Below are positions 49,378 to 59,990 of a stretch of DNA of 64,000 bases, piece after piece. The DNA is from Candidatus Bathyarchaeota archaeon (GTDB lineage: Archaea > Thermoproteota > Bathyarchaeia > 40CM-2-53-6). A program made the position numbers and the translations under genes. The DNA lies in NCBI GenBank assembly GCA_963726255.1, contig CAVSBL010000002.1:736001-800000 (forward strand), in the 5' to 3' direction. Each line of letters begins with the position of its first letter. Within the stretch, counting starts at the first letter, position 1. A model generated the notes under the pieces. It did no database searches, was not told where the DNA came from, and saw only the letters and a list, made by a program, of their open reading frames with translations.

Positions 49378-50592
49378 TCATTCATAATTGAGCTTCTTTG
49401 CAAGCATTCCGGCTCGCATGTGCAGGCCGTCAACATAAGTGAGATAATTGGCTATCGTGTGTCTCCGCAGCACTCTTTCCCTGCTTCGCCTTCCCATCGC
49501 ACTCGTTTTCTCTGGATGCTTCAACATCCAAATCATTGCATCTGCCAAGGCACGTGCATTTGATAATGGAATCAAGATTCCATTACTCGCATCCACCAGC
49601 CGCCGCGTGAACCCAACATCGGTCGCGATTATGGCATTTCCAGCAGCCATTCCCTCTAGGAGGCTTTGACTGGGATAATTGTCCTCTTCTTGAAGTTGGA
49701 GGTTTATTGAACTTTTGTTGAGCACCTCCGAAGTGTCCCACATAAACTCGTAATGAATCGAAATTCCCTGGAAAGTGCTGAGCCGGTTCGCAACATACTC
49801 ACTGAGGGGACCTGTGCCAAGCAGATGAAATTTGGCTTGCGGACGTTTTTTGTAAGTTCTCTTGATTGCATCAAGAAAGTAATCTGGTCCTTTGAACTTG
49901 TGCAATCGAGTTGCAAAAACGACCGAGTTTGGATCCTTAGGTTCAGGCCTATATCGTTTCGTGTCCACGAAACTGTTGGGTGCGCAAGATACCTTGTGCT
50001 GTGGAACCCGGTTTTGAATCATATAGTCTTGAATTTGGGGGCACAGACAGTCTATCAAGTGATAATTCCGTAAGCAGAATTGAAGGAGTTTCCCGAAAAA
50101 TGACCTCTGATCGTAGTTTCGCCGTTCAATCGAGGCCAAAGATGCTATTTGAATCACTTTCGGAATGGGATGTATGCCGAGGATGTAGACAGCGTCATTA
50201 TGAGCTTGTATGACCCTGAGGCCTTCACTTTTGACAATCCGTGCTATTTGATTGCGGAATCTTAGAAGCGTGAGAAGACGCCCTGCGTCTTCTAGAGTGA
50301 GTGCATTACTCTCCCACCTCTTTCTATCGAGAAGAGACTTAGCTTTCAGTCTGTGCACATTAGGATAATTCCCCAAATTGTACTTGGCCCTGTTCAAACC
50401 TTGGTAGATCTCTTCGGACACCAAGAAGTGATAGCGCGATGGGTGACGTTGGCTCAATGCGCAGAATAGGTTGGCGACTCTCCGTGCCGTACCCGAGATC
50501 ATGGTATCGGTTAAAGCGATACCAACTCTCGCGCAAGAACATTGAGCCGACATAGAGGCTTCATAAGTACTCTTGCTACTTAAGCCGCTCAA
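49378..50592 (-). CDS. Glycosyltransferase family 4
   Basis: FATRLHKFKG, EDNYPSQSLLEGMAAGNAIIATDVG. Confidence 0.87.
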   Translation of the reverse strand: MSGLSSKSTYEASMSAQCSCARVGIALTDTMISGTARRVANLFCALSQRHPSRYHFLVSEEIYQGLNRAKYNLGNYPNVHRLKAKSLLDRKRWESNALTLEDAGRLLTLLRFRNQIARIVKSEGLRVIQAHNDAVYILGIHPIPKVIQIASLASIERRNYDQRSFFGKLLQFCLRNYHLIDCLCPQIQDYMIQNRVPQHKVSCAPNSFVDTKRYRPEPKDPNSVVFATRLHKFKGPDYFLDAIKRTYKKRPQAKFHLLGTGPLSEYVANRLSTFQGISIHYEFMWDTSEVLNKSSINLQLQEEDNYPSQSLLEGMAAGNAIIATDVGFTRRLVDASNGILIPLSNARALADAMIWMLKHPEKTSAMGRRSRERVLRRHTIANYLTYVDGLHMRAGMLAKKLNYE

Positions 50593-50949
50593 ACAACAAT
50601 TAATAGCAAATATCCTCTCTCGTCACGGTCGAGCATTGTTTCTTGAGCTCTTGCGACAAACACTTCCCACAAGTCTGCGAGAAAAGAATTCCCTCACCCT
50701 ACCTTGGAACAAGGATCGGATATAGGCCAAGCGAGAAAGAATAGACTCGAAGCCATACCGGAAACTGTAGGGCTGTTCTCTAGAAAGCGATTTAGGCTTG
50801 CGAGTTGTCCGTTACCCAGGGCTAGTTGCGAGGGGTCAACCAAAAACTGATGTGCTCAGGCCTGAAGGACTGGCAAACTGCGATTCTGAGTTGTGAAATG
50901 CTCTTGGCTCGCTCGGCAGCAAACGTAGAATGAAAAGTGACAAATAGCC

Positions 50950-52356
50950 ATGGTTCTCATGTCCCCTCAGAAAAACATTCCAGCCCAGGCCGCGCGTGTG
51001 AGGTTAAAGTTGCAATTTCTGCGAAACTATGGTGCTCGTTCGTTCAGAGTTGGCGCGCGGATGATTGGCCTCACAATCAACCTAGGTCGATTTTCGCGCC
51101 CGGTGTCAGGCATCAAGGTACGGTTCGTGGCATTTGTGGCATCAATAATGGTGGTTAAGCTCGCCTTAGCCACCCTTACTCCTCTAGGATACGACTTCGT
51201 TCTATACATGTCAGCTATCTTGCGGAATGAAAGTTTCGCCGCATGGTCTCCGTGGATTATCATGACGCGCTATGTTTACCTGTTTTGGCTTTCGCTCCCA
51301 ATTGACCACGGCAATCTCCTCAGGGCGATGCTTGTAGATCCCACTCAATTACTGCCAAGTCACTATTTGCTGGCTGCGCTCGTAAAGACGCCCCTTCTGG
51401 TCAGTGACATGATCGCTACGTTCCTGATATGTAAGCTAGGGACGCGACTAGGTGGCTCTGACGCAATCGGTCGCCGAGCAACCATTCTCTGGGTGGCGAA
51501 TCCTTTCACGACCCTTTTCGTAGAAATGTGGGGCTCCATCGACATCATTCCTGTAACCTTGGCTTTAGCAAGCATCACATTCATAGTTCAAGGTCACGCA
51601 CAGCGCAGCGCGGCCGCTATCGCCGCGGGGATAGCGCTGAAAATAAGCCCAATCGTAACATGGCTAGCATTGACCACCTGGATCCTTGAAAAGAAGATTT
51701 CAAAGGCCGTAATTTTGAATGTGGTGTCGTACGCTCTGGCGGCCGTACTTGGGGTCTTTGGTTATTTCTACTGGCTTAGTCAAGGTCAACTGCTGAACCT
51801 TACAGTTCCGGAGTTTCTCAGTCTCCTAGAGTCGTTTTATTTGTCATCGTACACGCCCGTAACACAAACGTTTGCTGAAAATTTCTCCTTCCCCGACGCC
51901 TATCTCTGGCCGACAATAATGGTGCTCATAGCGTTCTATATGCTGGCCGCGGAAGTCTGGTCTCGGGAGAACAGGGCAATAATCCCCCTCTTACTCTCCG
52001 GTTTACTCCTCTTGTACGGCTTAACAGATCTGTTCCCTACGGCTTTTCTATGGGCGATTCCGCTGGTGGCTCTCTGGCACTCTAGGAATGGTAAGCTGGC
52101 CTTTCCGCTCGTGTTCTACGTTCTGCTGGCCGTTTTCCTGCAAACCTTCTACTATGCACAATTGACGTCGACAGGTTTGAGTTTTCTCTTCATCCCTCGA
52201 AACATAATTCCTATGGGTAAACAACTTGTCGCCGCTGCCGAATCACTATTCCTGAGACAATACCTCAGCCTGCAAATACGCTCCGCACTATCGGGCGCAG
52301 CATTTGCATACGCGACCTGCGTGACGTGGACTTCGCTCCGAAAGGACAGGGATTGA
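50950..52356 (+). CDS. GT-C fold membrane glycosyltransferase (GT87/PIG-M-like), paralog 1
   Basis: Multi-TM; early YDF, KTPLLVSD, LWVANPF, WGSIDIIP, ALKISP. Confidence 0.7.
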   Translation: MVLMSPQKNIPAQAARVRLKLQFLRNYGARSFRVGARMIGLTINLGRFSRPVSGIKVRFVAFVASIMVVKLALATLTPLGYDFVLYMSAILRNESFAAWSPWIIMTRYVYLFWLSLPIDHGNLLRAMLVDPTQLLPSHYLLAALVKTPLLVSDMIATFLICKLGTRLGGSDAIGRRATILWVANPFTTLFVEMWGSIDIIPVTLALASITFIVQGHAQRSAAAIAAGIALKISPIVTWLALTTWILEKKISKAVILNVVSYALAAVLGVFGYFYWLSQGQLLNLTVPEFLSLLESFYLSSYTPVTQTFAENFSFPDAYLWPTIMVLIAFYMLAAEVWSRENRAIIPLLLSGLLLLYGLTDLFPTAFLWAIPLVALWHSRNGKLAFPLVFYVLLAVFLQTFYYAQLTSTGLSFLFIPRNIIPMGKQLVAAAESLFLRQYLSLQIRSALSGAAFAYATCVTWTSLRKDRD

Positions 52357-52359
52357 TTA

Positions 52360-53616
52360 GTGCCACTAGGTTCGCTAACGTCATCCAAGCGCAGAACCTG
52401 CCTAATCACATCATCAATCGCGGTCAAGGCTGTTCTCATGACCCTTACTCCTATGAGCCTAGATCTCGCCTATCTCATCTCGCAGGTCACTCAACCTTCG
52501 AAGTGGAATCGTACACCTTATGGAAGGATGATGGAATACGTTTTCAAGGCATGGCAGGCCATCCCTGTCGATCACCCACTCCTAGCCACATCGTGGACAG
52601 CTGAGATTTTCCATCCTTCAGCTGGACTCTACCTCCTCGTTTTCATGGAGAAACTCCCGCTACTAATTCTGGACATTGCCGCTGGCTTATTGATCTACGA
52701 AATCCTACTTTCCGAAGGATTAGGTGAGAAGAAAGCAAGCTTAGGGTTCTTTCTCTGGTTTCTGAATCCATACGTCATTCTCGTGAACGAATTTTGGGGC
52801 GCAGTCGACTTGATCCCGACGCTGCTCGTTCTCTCAACCATTTTCCTTCTTCGAGCAAGAAGACCATTGCAAGGTGCTGCGGCGTTCGGAGCGGCCATCG
52901 CCGCAAAATTGTTCCCGGTGCTCCTCTTACCGATCTTCCTCTCGATTGGCAAGCGGAGCAAATTCACATTAGCTTTCGTCACTTCAGCATTTCTTGGCGT
53001 AGGAGCTTATGTCGCCTGGGCTTCATACGCGGGCTTCGATCTAGGGTTACAACTGCACCAATATGACCCCTTCACTCAGTACTTTGATGAATATGCCCTC
53101 TTGACAGGCACTGGAGGGTACATTGGTCTAGCGACGATTGCCCTGGTCGTGACGTATGCATTCTTGGCGGAGAAGTGGCCAAGAGATCGGGAGAGATTCT
53201 ATGAGCCAATGCTGGTAGTCTTTCTCGTGTTCTTTGCATTCAGTAACTGGTTTCCTCAATTCTTGATGTGGATGATACCGCTCCTAATCTTGGACGGAGT
53301 TGTAGGAGAGAAAAAGCGCTGGATTTTCATGTCGGTACTGCTGTCATCTGCTCTCGTCATGAATGTCTTTTCATTTTACCAGTACTTCACGGCCAACGGC
53401 CACGCTTTCTTCTTTATTCCGGCCAACACACCAGCACTGAAACAGGCTGTGGTCAATTACGAATCGCTCGCCGATAATGCCCTCATTGTTACTCTGGCCC
53501 TGCCGATGGCTCGGGCATTATTTACAGTCACTTGCCTCATTTACTCGCTGAAAATCGCCCAAGAACGTACAGGGATTATTTCCGATTTGCTGAGTCTCTT
53601 ACGGAGAAGAATTTGA
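52360..53616 (+). CDS. GT-C fold membrane glycosyltransferase (GT87/PIG-M-like), paralog 2
   Basis: SLDL, EKLPLLILD, LWFLNPY, WGAVDLIP, AAKLFP, FPQFLMWMIP. Confidence 0.72.
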   Translation: MPLGSLTSSKRRTCLITSSIAVKAVLMTLTPMSLDLAYLISQVTQPSKWNRTPYGRMMEYVFKAWQAIPVDHPLLATSWTAEIFHPSAGLYLLVFMEKLPLLILDIAAGLLIYEILLSEGLGEKKASLGFFLWFLNPYVILVNEFWGAVDLIPTLLVLSTIFLLRARRPLQGAAAFGAAIAAKLFPVLLLPIFLSIGKRSKFTLAFVTSAFLGVGAYVAWASYAGFDLGLQLHQYDPFTQYFDEYALLTGTGGYIGLATIALVVTYAFLAEKWPRDRERFYEPMLVVFLVFFAFSNWFPQFLMWMIPLLILDGVVGEKKRWIFMSVLLSSALVMNVFSFYQYFTANGHAFFFIPANTPALKQAVVNYESLADNALIVTLALPMARALFTVTCLIYSLKIAQERTGIISDLLSLLRRRI

Positions 53617-53621
53617 GGGAC

Positions 53622-54872
53622 ATGGAATTGAAAGTGTATTTGAGAGAAACGAGGCTATTGTTCGCGCTTCTCGTGATTGAAGTCGTCAGAGTACTTCTCT
53701 TCGCCATGACAAATTACAATCTAGAGTTCTTCAACTGGGTGAAGATGGGGCAAGGCATTCTTTATCGTCACGGAGCGTTCTTTGGAGTCTACCAAGCTCC
53801 AGCCTACATATATGCCGCCGACTATGCTATGTGGCTTCTTCTGACACACAATCCGAATCCTCCCTTAGGTACGTTAGCCGTGGAGAATCTGGCTTTCACT
53901 CTGATTATGAAAATACCGTTCCTCATTTCGGATGTCGCGATAATATTGCTCATTATTCACGTTGTCAGAAAGAGCACCAACTCCCCTGGGAGAGCCCTAT
54001 GGGCTGCCATGCTGTGGGCAACTTCTCCGCTAGTGTTGTTGTGTGAGACTCACAGCCCCGCCGACATCCTGCCGGCATTACTCATCCTCTCAGGGTCGTA
54101 CGCAATTTATCGTTCGAGGGCTAGGTTGGGGTCTTTTTCATTCGCGATAGGTTCCGTGTTGCGACTTGCACCGTTGCTGGTGACATGGATATACGTTGTC
54201 GCCTTTACGAGACTGCGCCAGTTCAAGAACCTGATGGGCTTCTTGGGAATACAGTTGGCCCTATTCGTTTGCGGAATTCTTTTCATCCAATATTTCTTTG
54301 GTCACTCTGCCTTTCAAGTATTGGAAGGCTCGAGGTACCCGGGAGTATTCATTCCCGAGATCGTGAGCGGTCTTTCGGCCGCAGTGAACCCAGGCATTGC
54401 ATACAACCCCGTCCAACTCAATCTGGGGATCATTGCCTTCATTTTCGTAGGCTACCTTGTGACAAGGGTTCCTATTTGGAATGGGCGGGTTTCCGGCGTG
54501 GAAGTTCTAGCTTTTCTCGCAGCATACTTCGCTCTTGTCTTCCAGGATGCTTTCATATTGTGGCTGCTTCCACTATTGTTTGTCTACGCTTTCATCACGA
54601 GATATGGGCCAGTCCGACTTCTGCTTACGAACATTCTGGGATTCTTTTATGTTCTCATCTCCGATTCAAACTACTACACTGCTCACGGAGCGGCTGTGCT
54701 GCTTGTACCCAACCTGAACAAAACGATGAACACGCTCTCATCCAACCTCTTACTACTGGGTGGATCGGCGTCACCACTCACACCATTCTTCCGTTCTATT
54801 TTCAGCGCCTCCCTTGTACTCATCCTCCTATGGATACTGCGAGAAAATGCAAACAGCGGACAACAGTCTTAG
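53622..54872 (+). CDS. GT-C fold membrane glycosyltransferase (GT87/PIG-M-like), paralog 3
   Basis: MKIPFLISD, LWATSPL, PADILP, LRLAP, AFILWLLP; ATG 53622 follows paralog 2 by 5 nt. Confidence 0.68.
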   Translation: MELKVYLRETRLLFALLVIEVVRVLLFAMTNYNLEFFNWVKMGQGILYRHGAFFGVYQAPAYIYAADYAMWLLLTHNPNPPLGTLAVENLAFTLIMKIPFLISDVAIILLIIHVVRKSTNSPGRALWAAMLWATSPLVLLCETHSPADILPALLILSGSYAIYRSRARLGSFSFAIGSVLRLAPLLVTWIYVVAFTRLRQFKNLMGFLGIQLALFVCGILFIQYFFGHSAFQVLEGSRYPGVFIPEIVSGLSAAVNPGIAYNPVQLNLGIIAFIFVGYLVTRVPIWNGRVSGVEVLAFLAAYFALVFQDAFILWLLPLLFVYAFITRYGPVRLLLTNILGFFYVLISDSNYYTAHGAAVLLVPNLNKTMNTLSSNLLLLGGSASPLTPFFRSIFSASLVLILLWILRENANSGQQS

Positions 54873-54890
54873 AATTCTTACAGACTCTGC

Positions 54891-55691
54891 TCATTCTGTT
54901 GCACGAACGAAGTAGCCATGATTGCGGTCAAGCCACTTGCCGGAATATCCTTGCGCCTTCATGTATGACATCAGTTCATTTTTCCTTGGAATGTCGTGGA
55001 GTTCAATAAGCCAACCCCTAATATTCATCATGATAGGCTCAGAGCCCTTCAACACCTTCCATTCACCCCCTTCAACGTCTACCTTAACCAAATCAATTGT
55101 TTCGTTCGGCACCATTTCCGCCAGGCATTCTTGCCGAACAAGAATTTCCTTTCTAGCCGCGATTCCGCCCCATTTGACGGTTTCGTTAGGTGGTAAAAGA
55201 CTCCCCATACCAAAGTTGTTTGAATCACTCTCGACGCTGTAGAAACCAGTCATCCCTTTGGAATCGGATATTGCAGCTCTGATTGCTGTGCAGTTTCTGG
55301 GTTTATGTTGGACAAGGATACTATAGATTCTTGGGTCGGGTTCGAACGCGATTATTTTCTCGAAGTTATCACTCAGTAGGTTGGAGTAGAAACCTGCGTT
55401 TGCACCGACATCAATAAAGAGGTTACCTGTGGTCATTTTAAGTTGTTCTGTGACTTCACGCTCCCATCTGTCCTGTGAATAAAGAACATCGAGCCACATT
55501 TTCAGCCTGTAGTAAAACCTCACACGTTCTGGAATCAAAATTGGAAGGACAGTTTCATCACTCCAAATTCTGATTAACCAACTGTTACGTTTATCTCGAT
55601 TTGGAAAAAGCAACCTCAGATGAACTCTTAATAGTGTACGCAAGAACCAACTAGTATTGTAGATGAAACCAGTCAAATGCAAGAAGCCCAT
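54891..55691 (-). CDS. FkbM family methyltransferase
   Basis: FIDVGANAGFYS, AFEP, LVKVDVEGGE. Confidence 0.88.
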   Translation of the reverse strand: MGFLHLTGFIYNTSWFLRTLLRVHLRLLFPNRDKRNSWLIRIWSDETVLPILIPERVRFYYRLKMWLDVLYSQDRWEREVTEQLKMTTGNLFIDVGANAGFYSNLLSDNFEKIIAFEPDPRIYSILVQHKPRNCTAIRAAISDSKGMTGFYSVESDSNNFGMGSLLPPNETVKWGGIAARKEILVRQECLAEMVPNETIDLVKVDVEGGEWKVLKGSEPIMMNIRGWLIELHDIPRKNELMSYMKAQGYSGKWLDRNHGYFVRATE

Positions 55692-56524
55692 CTCCCCTGA
55701 TGTTCAACCGAACCACCATGTACCGGCTGACAATCATGTTGACGGTATCGTGCTTCGCCGACTTCCGCGATATGGCTCGGGATGGATCGCAGTAAGGTTG
55801 ATTTTTTCTGAAGCACGTACATAGCGCCCAACTCGCCGCGATTTGGATTACGATGTATTGCGATAAGTTCGAAACCTCGTCTCTGAAATCGCGCTACATA
55901 GTCCTCCAATAACCTATATTTCTGGTAAACACCATCCGAGTCCGATCTTTGTAGTAGAAAAATGACCATATCACGGATGCGTTCCCTTTTTACCACAGCC
56001 AAAAGAACATTCAAGTAAGTCACCCGGGAAGGTCGGTAAACATTCTCGGACGCATCATCAGCCAATGCCGCATACAAACGCTGGAGTCGCCACTTAAGAT
56101 TGAAGGGATTTGTGTGCCAGTTGTAAATGAAAATCCATTCATCCGAATAGCATGCTAGATTGTCTAGGATCTTGACGAAGACACCATCGTCCATTACATG
56201 GAACAGCATGTCAAGGCAGAAGACTACGCGTCCTCTGAGCTTCGCAATATGCCTGCTCGCATCTCCGACCTGAAAGCGCCAGTTGGTACGCTGCATGCAA
56301 TTCCGTTTGACGATTGTTTCTGACAGGTCAAGTCCGAAGTACCGACGGCATTCACGGCCCTCCCAGAACTTGAGGTCTCCACAGCCAATGTCCACAACAT
56401 CATCCAATGGTCGAATATACGAGTCAATTACATTCCACTTCCAATCACGGTTCTGCCCGACAGAACCTTCGCCACTTGATCCGTCGTGCGCATAGCGCGA
56501 TTCCCAATAGTTGTCGGTGCCCAA
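55673..56524 (-). CDS. Class I SAM-dependent methyltransferase
   Basis: YWESRY..GSSGEGS, VVDIGCGD, CLDMLFHV. Confidence 0.8.
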   Translation of the reverse strand: MGTDNYWESRYAHDGSSGEGSVGQNRDWKWNVIDSYIRPLDDVVDIGCGDLKFWEGRECRRYFGLDLSETIVKRNCMQRTNWRFQVGDASRHIAKLRGRVVFCLDMLFHVMDDGVFVKILDNLACYSDEWIFIYNWHTNPFNLKWRLQRLYAALADDASENVYRPSRVTYLNVLLAVVKRERIRDMVIFLLQRSDSDGVYQKYRLLEDYVARFQRRGFELIAIHRNPNRGELGAMYVLQKKSTLLRSIPSHIAEVGEARYRQHDCQPVHGGSVEHQGRWASCI

Positions 56525-56729
56525 GATATTTCCCCATTTACCCCGGCTCTTCCAAGCGCAAGTATCCGAGCTGACCTCTCGGGGCTACTACCCCCAATTC
56601 CGCAATCCGCAACGGCCAGAACACTCATATGGACCTATGCTTTTGGTTCGCACCGACGGTTGACCAGACTGCTCATAGCGTGCCGTTACGCGCAAGAGGG
56701 AACCTGAGTGCATTGATGGTGGGGTCGGT

Positions 56730-57992
56730 TTGATTCTTATCCTCTTCACGACATCGTACCCGTACGACGGCGCTGCGGAAGAAACATTCCTCGGCAGAGA
56801 GATTGAATACCTTTCCTCAAGTTTCGATAAGGTGGCGTTGATACCTCAGAAGTGTTATGGCAACAGACTCAGGACACCGCCGAATGTTGACGTGATAGAG
56901 GACTATGCGGCCAAGATCAAGGAAAACCACCCTTATCGCAGAGCGCTTCTATCCGGGCTTTTCTACAAAGAACTGCTAACCAAAGGACCAGCAGTCCTCC
57001 GCAGGTCGTTGAACACGCTGGTCGATTTCGTTGCAGGAGCGGAATTTACCGCCGAGTGGATTTTCAAATTCATGGAAGATAAAACGTTCAACTCAACTGA
57101 CTGTATCTTTTATACATACTGGTTTGACAGGACCTCCTTGGGGGCTGGGCTAGTCAGAAACCGTAGACCAATCTGTGTCGTGTCCCGGGCCCACGGATCT
57201 GACCTCTATGAAGAACGCCACAAATGGTTATACATACCTTGCCGAAAAGAAGCATTACACCTCATAGACAGACTATTCCCCGCATCTGACAGTAGCACTC
57301 GCTACGTTGCGGCGCGGTACCCACAGTATTCCACGAAATTTGAGACGGCAAGACTTGGAGTGCCGGATCCGGGATTCCTCACATCTCGCTCGCAAGACGG
57401 TACTCTTCGAATAGCCTCATGTTCATTTCTGGTACCCCTGAAAAGAGTCGATCTCATGTTAAGAGGGATAGGCGAAGCCGCAAAACTGAGACCTCACCAG
57501 TCGTTCGAATGGAACCACTTCGGAACGGGGCCCTTGCAAGAACAGCTACGGGACGTGGCAGAAAGAACCTTACCTACCAATGTCAAGCACGATTTTCGAG
57601 GACACGTGCCTCCAACTCGTTTGATGCAATTCTACAGAGACAATCCTGTTGACGTATTCGTTAACGTGAGCGAAACAGAAGGAGGCAACCCGGTCGCTAT
57701 AATGGAGGCGATCAGTTGTGGCGTACCTGTGGTGGCGACGAATGTGGGAGGAAACCCAGAGATAGTAACTCGAGAGAACGGCTTGTTACTCGGTCCAAAT
57801 CCATCTCCCAGTGAGATTGCCAACGCACTACTGATCTTTCTCGACGACCCTGTTGGTGCAGAAAGCAAAAGACAGGCAAGTCGCAAAATATGGCAGGAAC
57901 GGTTCAATGCGGAACGGAACTTCCCTGATTTCATTGCCCGCCTGATGGCGGTTAGAAGAGGCATCGAATCGGGCTCCAGCTATCACATATGA
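56730..57992 (+). CDS. Glycosyltransferase family 4
   Basis: SYPY..AEETF, RAHGSDLY, KRVD, SETEGGNPVAIMEAISCGVPVVATNVGG. Confidence 0.9.
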   Translation: MILILFTTSYPYDGAAEETFLGREIEYLSSSFDKVALIPQKCYGNRLRTPPNVDVIEDYAAKIKENHPYRRALLSGLFYKELLTKGPAVLRRSLNTLVDFVAGAEFTAEWIFKFMEDKTFNSTDCIFYTYWFDRTSLGAGLVRNRRPICVVSRAHGSDLYEERHKWLYIPCRKEALHLIDRLFPASDSSTRYVAARYPQYSTKFETARLGVPDPGFLTSRSQDGTLRIASCSFLVPLKRVDLMLRGIGEAAKLRPHQSFEWNHFGTGPLQEQLRDVAERTLPTNVKHDFRGHVPPTRLMQFYRDNPVDVFVNVSETEGGNPVAIMEAISCGVPVVATNVGGNPEIVTRENGLLLGPNPSPSEIANALLIFLDDPVGAESKRQASRKIWQERFNAERNFPDFIARLMAVRRGIESGSSYHI

Positions 57993-58591
57993 TGGGGCAA
58001 ATGGAGAGCTATACTCACCCCCACACTCTTCAGAATACCATGGTTTATTTGCACGAAATGTCCGACGACGTAGCGGAGAAAGCAGACGTGAGACTGAGAA
58101 CCATACTTAGCGTGAAATTGGTCAATCGTGCATGGTACTACTTCAGGTTGGGCTATTCGACTTATCTGACATTCCTGCTAGGGTATCTCTCTACACTTGT
58201 AACCGTTTACTATCTCGCAATCAAGAGCATACCCTCTTTACTCGACGTATTTCCACGCTTTGTTCCATTCGCAGTAATCGCTACGGCGGTTGGCGCACCA
58301 CTCGCAGTGATAATTGGATGGGTACACCTGAAACGCAGCGCGTTGTACAGTAGCGAGGCGGAAGTGGCGATTGAGTCAAACCCTTTCAATTACAAATTGC
58401 AGCCCGGTTGGGTCAGGGATGCCTCAGGGCCGGCCACACTATTGCAACTAAGGCTACTGCACAAACTGTCGGAAACTGCTGGAATCTTGACCGACCAGGA
58501 ACGAGCAGAGATCGCCGAATTGGAGAAGAAGTGGAAAACGCTCGTGAACGGCGGATACGTAGGTTCCCCGAAAAGAAGACTGAACTTCTGA
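57989..58591 (+). CDS. Hypothetical 2-TM membrane protein
   Basis: RAWYYFRLGYSTYLTF...TVYYLAI...IGWVHLKRS..Y..E......NP; resembles, from memory, a TACK-archaeal family seen in glycan clusters. Confidence 0.65.
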   Translation: MMGQMESYTHPHTLQNTMVYLHEMSDDVAEKADVRLRTILSVKLVNRAWYYFRLGYSTYLTFLLGYLSTLVTVYYLAIKSIPSLLDVFPRFVPFAVIATAVGAPLAVIIGWVHLKRSALYSSEAEVAIESNPFNYKLQPGWVRDASGPATLLQLRLLHKLSETAGILTDQERAEIAELEKKWKTLVNGGYVGSPKRRLNF

Positions 58592-58615
58592 CAATTGCTT
58601 CAACTATTGGCGTGA

Positions 58616-59845
58616 ATGGAGTTGCGTGAACCTCTGACATGGTCAGACCTTCCGGGTGCCGATGCGGTGTCGCTACAGGTTCCTGAGGGGAACGCTCTGA
58701 GCGTAGATCAGAAGGGTTACAGAATCTGCAGCCGTTGCGTGATGGATACAACAGATCCATACGTGACATTTGACGCGAAAGGTGTGTGTAGCCACTGTCA
58801 CCGGTACGAACAACTCGTCAGCGGGAATGTCTTGACAGGAGAACGAGGAAGACAAAAGCTGCAAGAGATCGTAGGCAAGATCCAGAGAGATGGCGCGAGC
58901 AAACCGTATGACTGTGTGATCGGGGTGAGCGGTGGTGTGGACAGCACATTCGCCGCGTACAAGGCCAAACAATCTGGGTTGAGGCCGCTCGCAGTGCATC
59001 TAGACAACGGATGGGATTCCGAACGTGCGGTCGATAATATTCACAAGACGCTCAAGGTTCTGGGCATTGACCTGGACACGCACGTGATTGACTGGGAGGA
59101 ATTTAGAGACCTTCAATTGGGGTTCTTGAAAGCCTCCACCCCTGATTCGGAAATTCCAAGTGACCACGCCATCGTCTCTCTGATGTATGGGACTGCGGAT
59201 AAACTAGGGATTAGGCACGTAGTGACTGGCTACAACGTGCGCACAGAGGGCATGGGCGCCCCCGCATGGTCTGACGGTCACTACGACTGGAAGTACATCG
59301 AGAGTGTGCACAAGCAATTCGGCACGGTGCCGCTTCGAACGTTTCCGCATTTGACTAGAGCAGATTGGCGGCGTTACAGGCGAAGACATGTGTGGCCCGG
59401 CCTACACATGCTCAATTATCTCGACTATAAGAAGAGTGAAGCAATGAAAACCCTGGAAAAGGAATTAGGCTTCCAGTATTACGCACAGAAGCACTTCGAA
59501 TCCATCTATACACGCTTCTTTCAGGGCTATATCTTGCCCAAGAAGTTTGGGTATGACAAACGCAAGTTGCACTTTTCCAGCCTAATCTGCGCGGGAGAGA
59601 TGACCCGAGAAGGGGCCCTAGAAGCACTAAAGGAACCGCCTTACCCGCTCGATATGCAGGAAGAGGACAGACATTACGTCATCAAGAAGCTAGGAATCAC
59701 GGAGGAAGAATTCGAGCGAATAATGCACCTGCCCAAGAAGACTATCTATGATTACCCCTCCTACGCCCGAGATGACCAACACCTCGTGAATCGTCTTCTT
59801 CGGAAAGCGGACAGAATGTATAATGAGTTTCGTAAGAAGCCATAG
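58616..59845 (+). CDS. wbuX: N-acetyl sugar amidotransferase (WbuX/WbpG-like)
   Basis: CSRCVMDTTDP...GVCSHC, YDCVIGVSGGVDS (PP-loop), HLDNGW, KHFESIYTRF. Confidence 0.9.
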   Translation: MELREPLTWSDLPGADAVSLQVPEGNALSVDQKGYRICSRCVMDTTDPYVTFDAKGVCSHCHRYEQLVSGNVLTGERGRQKLQEIVGKIQRDGASKPYDCVIGVSGGVDSTFAAYKAKQSGLRPLAVHLDNGWDSERAVDNIHKTLKVLGIDLDTHVIDWEEFRDLQLGFLKASTPDSEIPSDHAIVSLMYGTADKLGIRHVVTGYNVRTEGMGAPAWSDGHYDWKYIESVHKQFGTVPLRTFPHLTRADWRRYRRRHVWPGLHMLNYLDYKKSEAMKTLEKELGFQYYAQKHFESIYTRFFQGYILPKKFGYDKRKLHFSSLICAGEMTREGALEALKEPPYPLDMQEEDRHYVIKKLGITEEEFERIMHLPKKTIYDYPSYARDDQHLVNRLLRKADRMYNEFRKKP

Positions 59846-59990
59846 CAGTAATTGGTTGTGGTCGTGAACAAAGCGAGTTCGGATCGGCACCGTAGTCGAA
59901 ACGACGAGGAGAAACGCTTGCACACATTTCTTATTATCTAGGGTAACCGGTACAAAGGGTCTAGCTGAATGAACGAGTGAAAACACAGGC

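Noticed and set aside
54185-55009. 274-aa alternative-frame ORF
   Set aside because: Overlaps the third GT-C gene and the FkbM gene, has no motifs; shadow ORF.
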